This document shows, in pieces, positions 12,996-24,877 of a DNA stretch of 64,000 nucleotides. The stretch is taken from NCBI GenBank assembly GCA_038087875.1, contig JAXLNO010000361.1, forward strand, positions 1-64,000, read 5' to 3'. Every line of letters starts with the position of its first letter. Positions within the stretch are counted from its first letter, which is position 1. The position numbers were made by a program, and so were the translations under genes. Source of the stretch: Malacoraja senta. Lineage: Eukaryota. A model generated the notes under the pieces. It was not told where the DNA came from. It saw only the letters and a list, made by a program, of their open reading frames with translations, and ran no database searches.

Positions 12996-14213
12996 ACTTA
13001 GCTATATCCAAGCGAGTGGGCAGAGCGCTGTAGTACTGCAAGTCGAGACGGAAGAGCGCATCGAAGCCAGCTGCCGAGAGTGGGGATGTGGGGGGGGGGG
13101 GAGGAGTAATAAAAAAATAATAAATATATATTTTTTTAAAAGATACATACACACGTACACACACAACAATCAAGTGGGACACATATCACTTAACCATCTT
13201 TCAAACCTGAGTCCACGGACCTGAGATCCCCCATGTCCCAACTGAACCTTGAGTGCCCATTGCACCAAGGTGCGTTGTCCTCGCATCCGCATGGAGATAT
13301 CCGATCTTAACTCCCAATATTTCCACCTCCCAAAGCAACAAAATCGCTCAATGTCAGTAAAGTAACATAAAATGAAATAAGTATAGTAATAATAATAATA
13401 ACAATGATAATAATAATTTGAAAAATAGAAAGTAGAAATAAAGTAAAATAAACATAAATAAATAAATACAAAGTTGAAATAATAGCCATAGTAGTTGCAC
13501 TGCCAATGTCATTGCTAACACTAATGGTAATGATAGTAATGATGCTAGTAATAATAAGACAAAGCAAATTAACAAAATGGTGATACTGAATAAGCAGGCC
13601 AACGTATAAGTGGAGCAAGAATAGCTTCCTTTGGTGTTACATAGTATATCTTAAAGTCGACAAGGTATAAAGAAAGAGTTAGCTTTGGAAAAGTTAGCAA
13701 GTTGCAAACTGGGCTCTTGGATTAAAGCGCAGGGCAAAAGAACATCAATTTAGTATTGTTAAACAAATCTATAGGAGCAGATTGGTATAACACAGCCTTG
13801 GCTGTAATGAGCTCTTATCAGCCCCAGACAGTCCACTAGGAAGACTAGTGTAAACAAACTAGCCGAATGCCGGCAGCGTTAGCAGCCAGCTGCTAAAAAC
13901 AAGAAGGCAGAGACCAGATCACGAACCACAAAGTGGGTCCCTTAAGCCCAATTTTATAGCATGTGCAGGTGAAGAACCTTTCAAGTATGATTACACATAA
14001 ACATTATAAGGAAAAGTTGGTATAAGATAGTCACGAATCGTGGTGAATTCTTACCAGCCTCATACATTTCAAGACAGGGGTCTAGTGTAATCAGCAAGGC
14101 CGAACGCTAGCAATGGCTAGTTGCTAAGAGCAGTCAAGCTAAAGTTAGTCCATAGTGTAACCGTAGATTAACCGGACTCCTGTGCCACTCGGATATAGAC
14201 GTACCGAGCGAAG

Positions 14214-15009
14214 TCAGTCGTCTGTGGGTCCCGGTCTGCGTCGACGGTAAGATGAGATGAAATCCTGAGCGTCCTCGGGAGATGTTAGTCGTCGCCTCTT
14301 TCCTTCCCTGGCCATGATGAACAGCTTGGCTGGATAATGAAGGGAGGGTTTGAGACCCAGGTTGTACAGCTCCCTCATAACGTCTCGGTACGCGGAGCGT
14401 TCTTCAACTATCTCGGGACAGTAGTCTTCGAAAATGTGGATCGGGATATCCTTGTACTTCAGCTTACCCCTCTGCCTCCAAGTTAGCGGGTCTGGTATCT
14501 ATGGAAGCAGATCACAACTGCTCTGGGTTTCTCACCAGGGCTTGGCTTGGCTGTTAGCGTACGGTGGGCTCGGTCTAGCTCCGGGGCTGATTCCAGTGTG
14601 TGTTTGCCAAGAGTCTCGAGCAGGAGTTGAGAGAAAAAAGCTGTTGTTTGGGGGCCTTCGATATTCTCAGGGAGACCGACTATCCTTATGTTATTTCGGT
14701 GACTCCTGCCTTCCAGGCTGATAAGCTTAGACTTTAGCTTGGCGTTCTCTTCGGTCACATTGTCGTTATAGCTCGTATGTCTTGGCTGGTGGTATCGGCA
14801 AAAGACTCTAATGACGAAAGACGGTGTTGGTGATCTAAAATAGTGGTCTGGATATTGTCCAGCTTCGTTTCCAGTTTGGTGAACGCTGTGTTGAATTCTG
14901 CCAGTAGCGATACCTTGTGCTCTGTTAACATGGCTGCTAGCGTGGCCATGCCGGTGCTGGTCGTCGGGTCTTCCGTCTTTTGCTCCTCTTTCTTTCCTCT
15001 GCTTGGCAT
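14214..15009 (-). pseudogene. L1-B ORF1 (coiled coil + RRM/CTD), frameshifted
   Basis: LEGRSHRNNIRIVGLPE, ELDRAHR and PRAVVICFHRY are L1 ORF1p motifs; heptad-rich N-terminus. Confidence 0.88.
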
Positions 15010-18000
15010 CTTTACGGCGTGGAGAGGTGCTGTCAATGGTGTTTAGATATTTATGGGTAGTTATAAAACTTAGGCTGAGCTATAATAAAAGTTGGAGGTG
15101 AACAGGTCGGGAGCGTGGAAAGGTGCGACTACTCCAACATGTTGCCCCCAGCGGATCATTATTTTTCAGTTTAAATTTAAATTGTAATTGTTGGAATGAT
15201 AATAGGTTTCCCATTTCATACTTATCACCAATCCTTTTAATTCCCATTCTTTCCCATTGGTTATATGTTTTATCAATAAGAGATGGTTTAAATGAAGGAT
15301 TATTCGCTATTGGCATTAACAATGTTAGATTTCTTAATTTTAGAGATAATTTTATTTGTTTCCAAATTCTTATTGTATCATGTATAATTGGGTTCTTCAT
15401 ATATATTGTGTTGTTCAGTTTTGTCGGGGAGAAGAGGATCGCTCCTATATTACAAGGAAAACAATCTTCTTTCTCCATTCTTATCCATTCTGTCTGTTGG
15501 GTAGAACTGTCCAACCAGTAAATTATATTCTTAATATGCACTGCCCAATAGTAATACAAAAACTTCGGAAGTGAAAGTCCCCCGACCTCTTTTGGTTTAC
15601 ATAAGTGTTTTTTTTAAATTCTGTGTGATCTATAATCCCAAATAAAATTAGTAATATTAGAGTCTAATTTTGTTGTTGTTAATGTTGGTATATATAATGG
15701 TATAGATTGAAATAGGTATAATAATTGTGGTAGAAAGATCATTTTTATAGCGTTTATTCTACCTATTAATGATAAGGGAAGTGTTTTCTAGAATTTAATC
15801 AACGTGTTGAGTTTATTTAATAAAGGCATAAAATTAGCGTTAAATAATGCTTTATATTTTCTAGTAATTTGAATACCCAAATATTTAAATTTTTCTGTTG
15901 CAATTTTAAAGGGGAATTTCAATAAGTGTGTAGATTCTTGAGGTTTAACGTCATGATTTCACTTTTATTACAGTTTATTCTATATCCAGAAAAGGACCCG
16001 AATTCCTCTATTAAATTTAATAAATTTGGTATGCTCGTTTGTGAATTTGTAATATATAAAAGTATATCGTCTGCATATAATGACATTTTATTATTTGAGT
16101 CCCTAGTATTGTATCCCTGGATATTCGGATGAATTCTTATACTTTCAGCCAGGGGCTCTATCATAAGGGCAAATAGCAGGGGTGATAACGCACATCCCTG
16201 CCTATTGCACCTTGATAATTTAAATTTTGGAGATAACATATTATTGGTTAATATTCTTGCCATCGGTTTATCATATAATAATTTTACCCATGCAATAAAA
16301 TTCTCTCCCACATTAAATTTTTGCAGTACTTTATATAAATACTGCCACTCTACCTGATCAAATGCTTTCTCTGCGTCCAGAGAAACAATTGATATATCTT
16401 CTTCCTCCGTTTTATGTGAGTACATTATATTAAACAGGGGTCTCAAATTATTAAATGAGTGTCTTTTGGGTATAAACCCCTTTTGATCAGGGTTTATCAA
16501 TTTACTAATATATTTACTCAATCTTCTTGCTAAAGTCTTTGCTAAAATGTTCTGGTCTGTATTTAAAAGTGATATAGCTCTATATGAACCCGGATCATCT
16601 AAATCTTTATCTTTTTTTGGAATAAGCATAATAGTTGATTCTGCGAATGTTTCAGGTAGTTTATTTTCTTTAAAAGCATGAGTATATAAATTGAATAAGT
16701 ATGGAGTCATTATCTCATGAAATCTTTTATAAAATTCATTACTAAAACCATCTGGTCCAGGTGTCTTACCATTTTTCAACGATTTTATTGTTTCACCTAT
16801 TTCTTCGAGTGTAATATGAGCTCCAATTTCCTCTTGTTCCAAGAGATCAAGTTTTGGAAGATTACAGTTATCTAAAAAATGTATAATTTTACTATCTTCT
16901 ATTTTAGTTTTAGATGTATATAAATGTTGATAAAATTGGGCAAATCTATTGTTAATATCTTTAGGTAATATTAGTAATTCACCTTTCTCTGATTTAATTT
17001 TAGTTATAGTATTTTCCTTTTCTTGTTTTTTCAATTGACGAGCTAAAAGCTTATGTGGTTTGTCACCAAATTCAAAATGTTCCTGTTTTGTAATTTGGAA
17101 TAATCTTATTACTCTTGCCGATAAAATTCGATTAAGTTTAAATTTCAGTAGTATTATCTTATTATGTTTATCTGTAGTAGGATCTTTGGCATTATCTAAC
17201 TCTAACTGTCTAATTTCTTGTTCTAGCAACATTTGTTCTGTCTTATACGTTTTATTTTGAAAAATTTGATATGAAATTATAATTCCTCTAATAAATGCCT
17301 TGAAAGTTTCCCATAATAAAGAAGGCAAAATACCTGGTGTATTCATTTGTTGTTTTAAATATTGATAACCTTGTAAGTCGTTTAAAATTTGTGTATTAAA
17401 CCTCCTAAAAGATTTTTTATGCGGCATTCCCTCGAATTTTACTAAAAATGTCAACGGGGAATGATCAGAAATACTACTGATGTGGTATGTTGGATTAATT
17501 GTATATGGCATTAATTTCATATCCACTAATAAATAATCAATTCGTGAATACATTTTATGTACTGATGAGTAAAACGAGTATTCGCTTCCAGTTGGATTAG
17601 CAGTTCTCCATACATCTGTTATATTAGTATTTTTTATATATGTATTTAGAAGTTCACTAGTCTTAGATTTTAAATTACCCCTCCTTTGTTTTGCTGATTT
17701 GTCTAAGTATGGATCTAAAACACAATTGAAGTCCCCCCTATTATTACATTTTGGTAATTAAACTCTGATATTATATCTATAATTTTATTTAAAAATTGGG
17801 GGTTGTCAAAATTCGGAGCGTAAATATGTATCATAGTTAGTGGGGTTGAATAAATTTCTCCCGAAACTATAATATACCTTCCCTCTTTATCTGAAATAGT
17901 ATTCTTTAATTTAAAAGGTATACCTTTCCGAATAATAATAGCCGTACCTCTAGATTTAGAAGTAAATGAAGAATGATATGTTTGACCTATCCACTTCGCC

Positions 18001-18360
18001 TTTAATCTCATCTGTGTTTGTTGTTTCATGTGGGTTTCCTGCAAAAACATTATGTCGCATTTCAATGATTTTAATTGAGCAAAAAGTTTACCCCTCTTAA
18101 TTGGTTCATTGGCACCCCTTATATTCCAACTACAAAATATAATTCCTCCATTTTACTTCGGAGTCACGTGAGTGACTACGTGAAGAACCCCGCCAGTGCG
18201 CCTGCGCGTCATTACGTCAGACGCCTTGACGCAAACGGACGTGAGGAGCAGAGCTCCTCCAGTGGTTTGTAGTTTTTCAACTACAAGGTAAGTAGAAACT
18301 TTTTTCATGTTTTCCAGGTCCGTTTACTGTGGGTCTATGGGGATTTTTTCCACAGACGCC

Positions 18361-19425
18361 ATGGAAAAAAATGGACAGGGGGAAGAGGCGAGCGACACAG
18401 CCGACAGAAGTCGGGAAAGTCGGGAGTCTGCGGTTAGAGACCAACCACCTCTAAACCCCGGTACAGTCGCCAGCGGTGAGCATAGCGACTGTGGACCTGG
18501 GGCTGGTGAAAACACAGTCAGCGCCTGTCGGGCAAAAGACGAAGTTTAAATCCCAACGGCCCACGGAGGGAGTCCCAGGCAATGGAAGTAGCTCCAGGGC
18601 TAGATACTGCTTTCGAGCGTATTGCCCAAATAGAAAGCCTTTTTCATAGGCTGTTGGAGCAAAGTTCACTCAGGAAGGAGTGTACTGTAATCCAAGCTGC
18701 AGGAGCAGCTTAACAGCACCTGGCTCAGGGCTGATGGAATGCACCCTCAGGAATGAGGAGCGTGCTACGGGTCATGAGATTTCAGACCCCGACTCTGACG
18801 GTGAGGCTGTACAAGGCGATGAATGGCAGCTGCCAGATGTTCCACCCCTGGCAGTAGGATTCGCTGCCCCGTCAGGGTCAGGAGAGCCATTAGGAGAAGA
18901 ACTGGCCTCCTTAATAAATTACTTGATTTACCATTAGCTGGAACAGCAGGAGATGGATGAGACTGCAAGAAAGCAGGAGACCCCAAGTAACTGTGGGTTG
19001 CTGAAAGCAGCAGCAGTGAACCAAATTATCTGGAATCAGTTGCAGAAAATATTAAAGCTGCTGGGTTCTGGAATAACTGCTTTTACCAGAATAGCAGGTA
19101 ACAGCCAAAAGATGACGAAGTTGCATCAGCAAGCACTGGGGTTGCTATGCAGCACCCACTTCGAGATCAATTATCTGAGGAAAGTGCTATACGGCCTACT
19201 ATGAATCCGAAATTCGCAGCACTCTGCAAACCAAGTAATATACAATTACCCAACTTACTCTTTGGAGAGGATCTCGGGAGACGTATTAAAGAGTTGGAAG
19301 ATGAAGCGAAAACAGGATTGATAAAAACATCAATGGTTGCAAAGTCTGTAAAGAGGAAGTATCCTTTCAGACGTCATACGGATCCTAGACCAGGACCAAG
19401 TCGCTCATCAATGCAGCGGGAGTAA
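18361..19425 (+). pseudogene. DIRS-B gag-like ORF1
   Basis: Fragments homologous to DIRS-A ORF 1207-1995 (PLGEELASLINYL; QKILKLLGSGITAF; NPKFAALCK; LLFGEDL). Confidence 0.8.
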
Positions 19426-19475
19426 GGACCAGTGGTGGTGCTTCCGGGAGAATCCAGGGATCTCAGAATACTCAA

Positions 19476-21283
19476 ATGACTCAAGAGGTAGGTGGACCTG
19501 GTTCTCAGGGGAACATACTAACTGGATTAAGTCCAAAAGTTGGAGGCAGAATTACGTCTCTTCTATAAACATTGGAAGAAGATTACTTCAGATGTGGTAA
19601 TTCTGAATAATATACAAGGATTTCGAATTGAATTCAATCCAAATTATGATTTGCCTGTCCAGCATGTTCCTAGCAGAACTCTCCACTTTGCGAAGTAATG
19701 GAGGTTCAAGTTGCGCTTCAAAACCCTATATATAAAAGGTGTTATTAAAGAATCAGTCTACCAAATTCACCAATTTGGGTCAAATATATTCCCTCGATCA
19801 AAAAAGGATGGAGGATGTAGGATTATTATAGACTTGACAAGTCTGAATCCTTTTGTTCAGTGTCTGTTCACTTGCAAGATATGAAGTATTTTAAATTTAC
19901 ATGGATGAACCAATTAGGGCAGTTCAAAGCTCTGCCTAAAGGGTTAACGTTCCCTCCCAGAATATTCATAAAATTGTTAAAATCAATTCTGGGGTTGCTG
20001 AGAGCCAGGGGCATGTACTAATGGCATACCTGGATGATGTCCTGATTATAGGAAGGACAAAACAGTCAACAGAAGCATCGGTTGCAGTAATAAAATCAAA
20101 CTTTTGAAAGTTTGGGGGTTTCTAAATTCATCCAAAGAAATCAAGGTTAAAAACATGTACCTCGATTAATTATTTGGGGTTCACAATTGATTTAGCCCAA
20201 ATGAAAATTACTTTGCCCAGTGAAAAAAGGGTGGAGTTGATTAAAGATTGCAGTAATCTGTTAAACGAGCAAAAACCTCTAATCAGACAGGTGGCTCGAG
20301 TACTGGGAAAATTAGTAGATTCCCAGCAGTCCAGTATGGACCATTACATTATCAACAGCTGCAGAGAATTAAAGAACAGGCACTGAGAGTAAATGCTGGT
20401 CATTTTAATAGAACCATGCAAGTAACAACAAATGCTGTTTCTAATCTGCAGTGGTGGATTCTACATGTCTCAAGCAGTTCAGGCAAAGTGCTGATTGAAC
20501 AACCTTCCACGATATTACAAACTGATGCCAGTGCACTAGGATGGGGTGCAACCGACTTAACATGGAGCTGCGGAGGCAGATGGAATCAGGAAAAGTTAGT
20601 GTTACTGCAGACATGGGGAATTACCTATTTGGAGCTTTTAGGAGGTTTCTATGGACTCCAAGTTTATGGTTCTAACACAATTAAAAGGAAGGTTCAAGTT
20701 CAAATTAATAAACACAACAGTAGTTGCCTATATTAATGATATGGGTGGAATTAAGTCAGTGTCATGTGACAAAATGGTTAAATCAACTTGGGTCTTGGTG
20801 TATTGAAAAGAACATTTGGATTTCAGCTATCTATCTACCAGGTAGAATGAACACGATAGCAGACACCAGGTCAGGAAAAGTTCCATGATAATAAAGAATG
20901 GATGTTGAATCAAGAGGTATTCAATGATATAGTAATCACCGACATCGACTTGAATCATCAGCTATCGAGATATGTCTCATGGAAACCAGATTCAGGAGCA
21001 GTGGCAATTGATGCTTTCTCGCTACATTAGGGTGGTATGTTTTCATATATATTTCCTCCTTTCTGCCTCATAAGCCAATGTTTGCTTAAAATCAGGCAAG
21101 ATGCTGCTTCAAGGGTATTGGTAGTACCAGATTGGCCTACACAGCCATGGTATCTGTTGTTATTAGAATTAACAACACAAATGTTGATGAAAGTCCCAAA
21201 AAGGAGTAATTTATTGCTGCACCCTGTAACAGGGTAACAACATCCATTATATCATCGTTTGGATTTGTTGATTTGCAGGTTTT
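19476..21283 (+). pseudogene. DIRS-B RT / RNase H / adenine-methyltransferase-like ORF
   Basis: KKDGGCRIIIDL, MAYLDDVL, LQTDASALGWG, ITYLELL, then DAFSLH..FPPFCLI...VVPDWPTQPWY. Confidence 0.85.
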
Positions 21284-21287
21284 AAGA

Positions 21288-22251
21288 ATGCCTTTTCTGG
21301 GATGAGGACTGTCTGAGCATACTGTGGACATGCTTACGGCAGCCGGGAGGAAGAGCACTCAAAAACAGTACCTTTCTTATATTAAGAAATGGGAAGAGTT
21401 CTGTGTACAAAAGAATGTGCAATAAAGTACTGCAGATATTTCAAATGTTTAGAATTTCTGTCAAAACTTTATTATGATGAAGGTCTGAGTTGTAGTGCAA
21501 TTAATTCAGCCAGAAGTGCATTGTCCTCATATTTGGTTCTGGATTCAGAAAGAAACTCAATTGGGTCACACCCAATTGTTTCCAGACTAATGAAAGGAAT
21601 CTTTAATTCCAAACCACCGAAACCTTGCTACGTGACAATCTGGGATGTAAGTGTGGTACTGAAACTACTTCGTGAATGGTCATCAAGTGTGTCTTTACCT
21701 TTGGTCAAGCTCAGTATGAAAGTATTCATGCTTATGGCATGAGTGACAGCACAACGAGTGCAAACACTTGGAAAATTACAAATAGACAGTATGGAAGAAA
21801 CTGAAGACAAGGTTACATTCTATATCTATGACCTACTAAAGTAAATTAGGCCAGGTGTGACAGGATTTAAAATTATGCTAGCAGCATATCCAAATGATCC
21901 ATGGCTCTGTATTAAGACATGTTTATTACAATAGATTGAGGTCACAAAGAATTTGAGAATACGGAAACTGGGTTGTTGATCACAAACAAGAAACCACACA
22001 AGAGAGTTTCAATACAGACTATTTCCAGATGGATAAAAGAAGTCTTAACAGCTGCTGGTATTAACACTTATGTTTTTACATCTCACTCGACTAGGGCAGC
22101 AGAAACGTCGGCGGCCAGGGCAAAAGACGGCCCCGTCGACCATATCCTCGCAGCCGCTGGGTGGTCCAATGAGTTGATGTTTCAACATTTTTACCATCGG
22201 CCTATTGTTAATGCGGGGTTGTTTGCAGAAACTAATTTAAATTCTGTGTAA
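21288..22251 (+). pseudogene. DIRS-B tyrosine recombinase
   Basis: AINSARSALS, TAQRVQTL (catalytic R), SHSTRAA (HxxR), AAGWS..MFQHFY (catalytic Y). Confidence 0.9.
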
Positions 22252-22420
22252 ATTCCTCTGGTTTAAAGGGGATCTGATTCATTTCATTATTGAAATGAAT
22301 TACTGCATTTGTGGTACAAATGTTATTATGAATGCATGATTGATTATTCTCGTTCCGAGTCAATCTGTGCAGTGAGAAGCCGGGATTGATCCACGGCATG
22401 AAATCACAAAGCTTTAAAAT

Positions 22421-22533
22421 CTTCACGAAGTCACTCACGTGACTCCGAAGTAAAATAGTATGATTAAACGAGAACTTACCTAAGTTTGAAGTTTGATCTT
22501 TATTTTATGAGGAGTTACGTAGGTGATTACGTG
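22421..22533 (+). repeat. DIRS-B internal complementary region (ICR)
   Basis: First part is complementary to 18150-18185, second part to 22686-22765. Confidence 0.93.
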
Positions 22534-23975
22534 CCCACCACGACCCTACCCTCTATCATAAAGGTCAGATGGAAGTTCTTGTATTACTCATTTTATTATG
22601 AGACTATATTACTTCGGTTGTTGTTTTTTGTGATTTCACACCGCTGCTTTGAAGATTGACGCGCAGGCGCACTGGCGGGGTTCTTCACGTAATCACCTAC
22701 GTAACTCCTCATAAAATAAAGATCAAACTTCAAACTTAGGTAAGTTCTCGTTTAATCTTACTATTCTTTACTTGTCTATCGTCTTGCATTATATATCAGT
22801 ATAGTGTTCTTGAATCATATGGTGCAACCAAATACCTCAGAATTCTGGGTGTTGGGTGGTCATCCCGAGTTATTAGATTTATGTTACATCTCCTTCCTGT
22901 ATAGTGCCTTAGAAAAAGAAAGAAAAAATGTGATATAAAATTTATTACAAAAATAATAAGCAATTAGAAATCTTTATAGTGATTTTTTTTTTAAGTGATG
23001 TTAAGGTATCTAAGAAAGGATACCTTAAAAATGAATAGCCACCTAAGGTGGCGAAAAATTTATGGACTTCCATTGATGTTGTTGTACATTGAGCTCCAAC
23101 CCCTTAGCAGAGCCTCATGAAAAGCTACGGACCGTTTCATATGTTGTCTTTTTTAATATAAATTTATCAAACCAGCACCAGTAAAAACAGAAAGAGTTCA
23201 GAAAAATAAATAAAAAATAAAAAACCAAATATAAAACACAACGTATGTTCAGTTCTATAAGTATATATGCCTTTCCAATTTATCTAACCTTAATCTAGTC
23301 TAAACTTTACCATATATATCCACCCAAAATTCTTACATAATATCCCATTCTTTAACTACAATATAAGCAAGTACCAAGGGGTTAAACAAAACCACACTTC
23401 TGGATCTTTTCCAAGTGTATACTGCGCCTGACTCCTTCACACACAGTATTAGTTTGTTAGTATTATTATGAACATTTTAGTTAGTTACTATATATAGGTA
23501 TATATCATCAATATTAGTTCTTTTCCCTTAACTATTTTAAATATATAAAATCAAAATTATGTACACTCCCATTATCTCCTTCCCCGCCTCATGGGTTATT
23601 CATATTTGCCGCATACAGTAACAAATAATTAGTATTATTAAATTTGTTAAAATAATTGATTATTTATAATTAAAATATAATGATTAGAGATTTTCTTAAA
23701 TCAACAATTTTTTATATTCCAATCAATATTATCTCGTTCCATGTCCCTTATACATTCCCTCATTAATTCTGTATCTTCAACGTCCTTTTGTTTATCTTTA
23801 AGCTTTTCATTCAAGGTGAAACATGGACAGTACTCTCGAAAACACATTCCAGACAGATAAGCATATCTGGTAACTGTCTGGAAAAGTTCCGCCATCTTAA
23901 CCAGTTCAAAACCCTGTCTTAAAAGTTTAAAAGTCTTCAGAGGTCACTTAATGAAGATTCAGGCCTTTGTAATCT

Positions 23976-24730
23976 CAATACAATACAATACAATAATACT
24001 TTATTAGCCAAGTATGTTTTGCAACATTCGAGGAATTTCATTTGCCAAGTCAGTCATACAAATAAAAAGCAACGGAACACACAAAATACATTTTAACATA
24101 AACATCCTCCACATTCCTCACTCTGATGGAAGGCGAAAAAAAAAGTTCAATCTCTTCTTTTTTCTTCTCCCGCGGTCAGGGGCCTCAAGCTTTCCGTTGA
24201 CGGGGCGATCTTGACTTCCGTAGTCGGTGCCGTTTGGGCCTTCCACATCGGGGCAATCAAGCTCCCGCTTCGGGGGGATGTCAGCTCCCCGCGCCGAGCG
24301 ATTGGACCCCGGGTCGGGGCGTCGAACCTCTGCGTCATTGGAGCATCTACGGTCTCTACCCAAGACTGCGAGCTCTCGATGGTAAAGTCCGCAGGCCGCG
24401 GTTGGAGCGATCCCAGGCAGGGGATTGGCTCCGATGTTAAGTCCACGCCCTGCGGTGGGGCTCAAGGTCAGTCCAAGCAGGCCTCCAGCTCCAGGATGTT
24501 AGGCCGCAGAGCGACCAGAGATATGACCCGGAAAACAATCGCATCTCTGGCAAGGTAAGAGATTGAAAAAAGTTTCCCCCGACACCCTCCCCCTTCCCCC
24601 ATATAAAACAAACCAGAGAACATTTGTACAAATGTTTTAAACACACTAAAAATAACAAAAAAGATGAAAAACAGACAGACTATTGATGGGGCTGCTTGTG
24701 TGGCACCACAGTGTGGCGCCCCTGGTGGTC
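23976..24730 (-). mobile_element. Non-coding CpG-rich retroelement, family X copy 1
   Basis: (TATTG)n tail after AATAAA; shares the G-run/aaactttt/aatctctt box and the gccttccatca.agtgag 3' motif with the 26910 and 40347 elements. Confidence 0.75.
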
Positions 24731-24877
24731 TCCCAACCTCAAGTAATTATGTCTTCACAGAATAAGGAATTATGGTCTCTTTTAATGTATTAAATCACTA
24801 AATCATATTCTTTACAACATGCAGTAGTTCAATGAGAGCCCAGTGTACATAAGAGCAGATCGAAAGGGGAGCACCAG

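Larger units (their letters stand above)
8849..15158 (-). mobile_element. L1-clade LINE B, essentially full length (6.3 kb)
   Basis: 15-bp TSD ttatttttcagttta at 8834-8848 and 15159-15173; ORF1, 1.2-kb spacer, ORF2, A-rich tail. Confidence 0.93.
18150..22765 (+). mobile_element. DIRS1-like retrotransposon copy B, complete termini, decayed ORFs
   Basis: Left ITR 18150-18211, ICR 22421-22533, right ITR 22657-22694, right extension to 22765; gag, RT/RNase H, methyltransferase-like and tyrosine recombinase remnants in order. Confidence 0.95.
8071..22789 (-). pseudogene. L1-A ORF2 (endonuclease-RT-C-terminal domain), split by L1-B and DIRS-B
   Basis: Start MQDDRQVKNGGIIFCSWNIRG (reconstructed across DIRS-B); FLQETH, SRIDY, SDH, PGPDGF, DAEKAFD, RQGCALSPLLF, YADD. 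Confidence 0.9.
7736..23936 (-). mobile_element. L1-clade LINE A (AT-rich, lacks ORF1; about 5.3 kb once nested elements are removed)
   Basis: 13-bp TSD tcagaggtcactt at 7723-7735 and 23937-23949; A-rich tail at 7736; ORF2 endonuclease, RT and cysteine-rich domains. Confidence 0.92.

Noticed and set aside
13307..13618. Hydrophobic 103-aa membrane-protein-like ORF
   Set aside because: Translation artefact of an (ATA/TAT)-rich low-complexity tract in the L1-B spacer.
21288..22251. Prophage or bacterial contamination (integrase plus methylase)
   Set aside because: Both domains are normal DIRS1 components, lie between DIRS termini and are embedded in a vertebrate L1.
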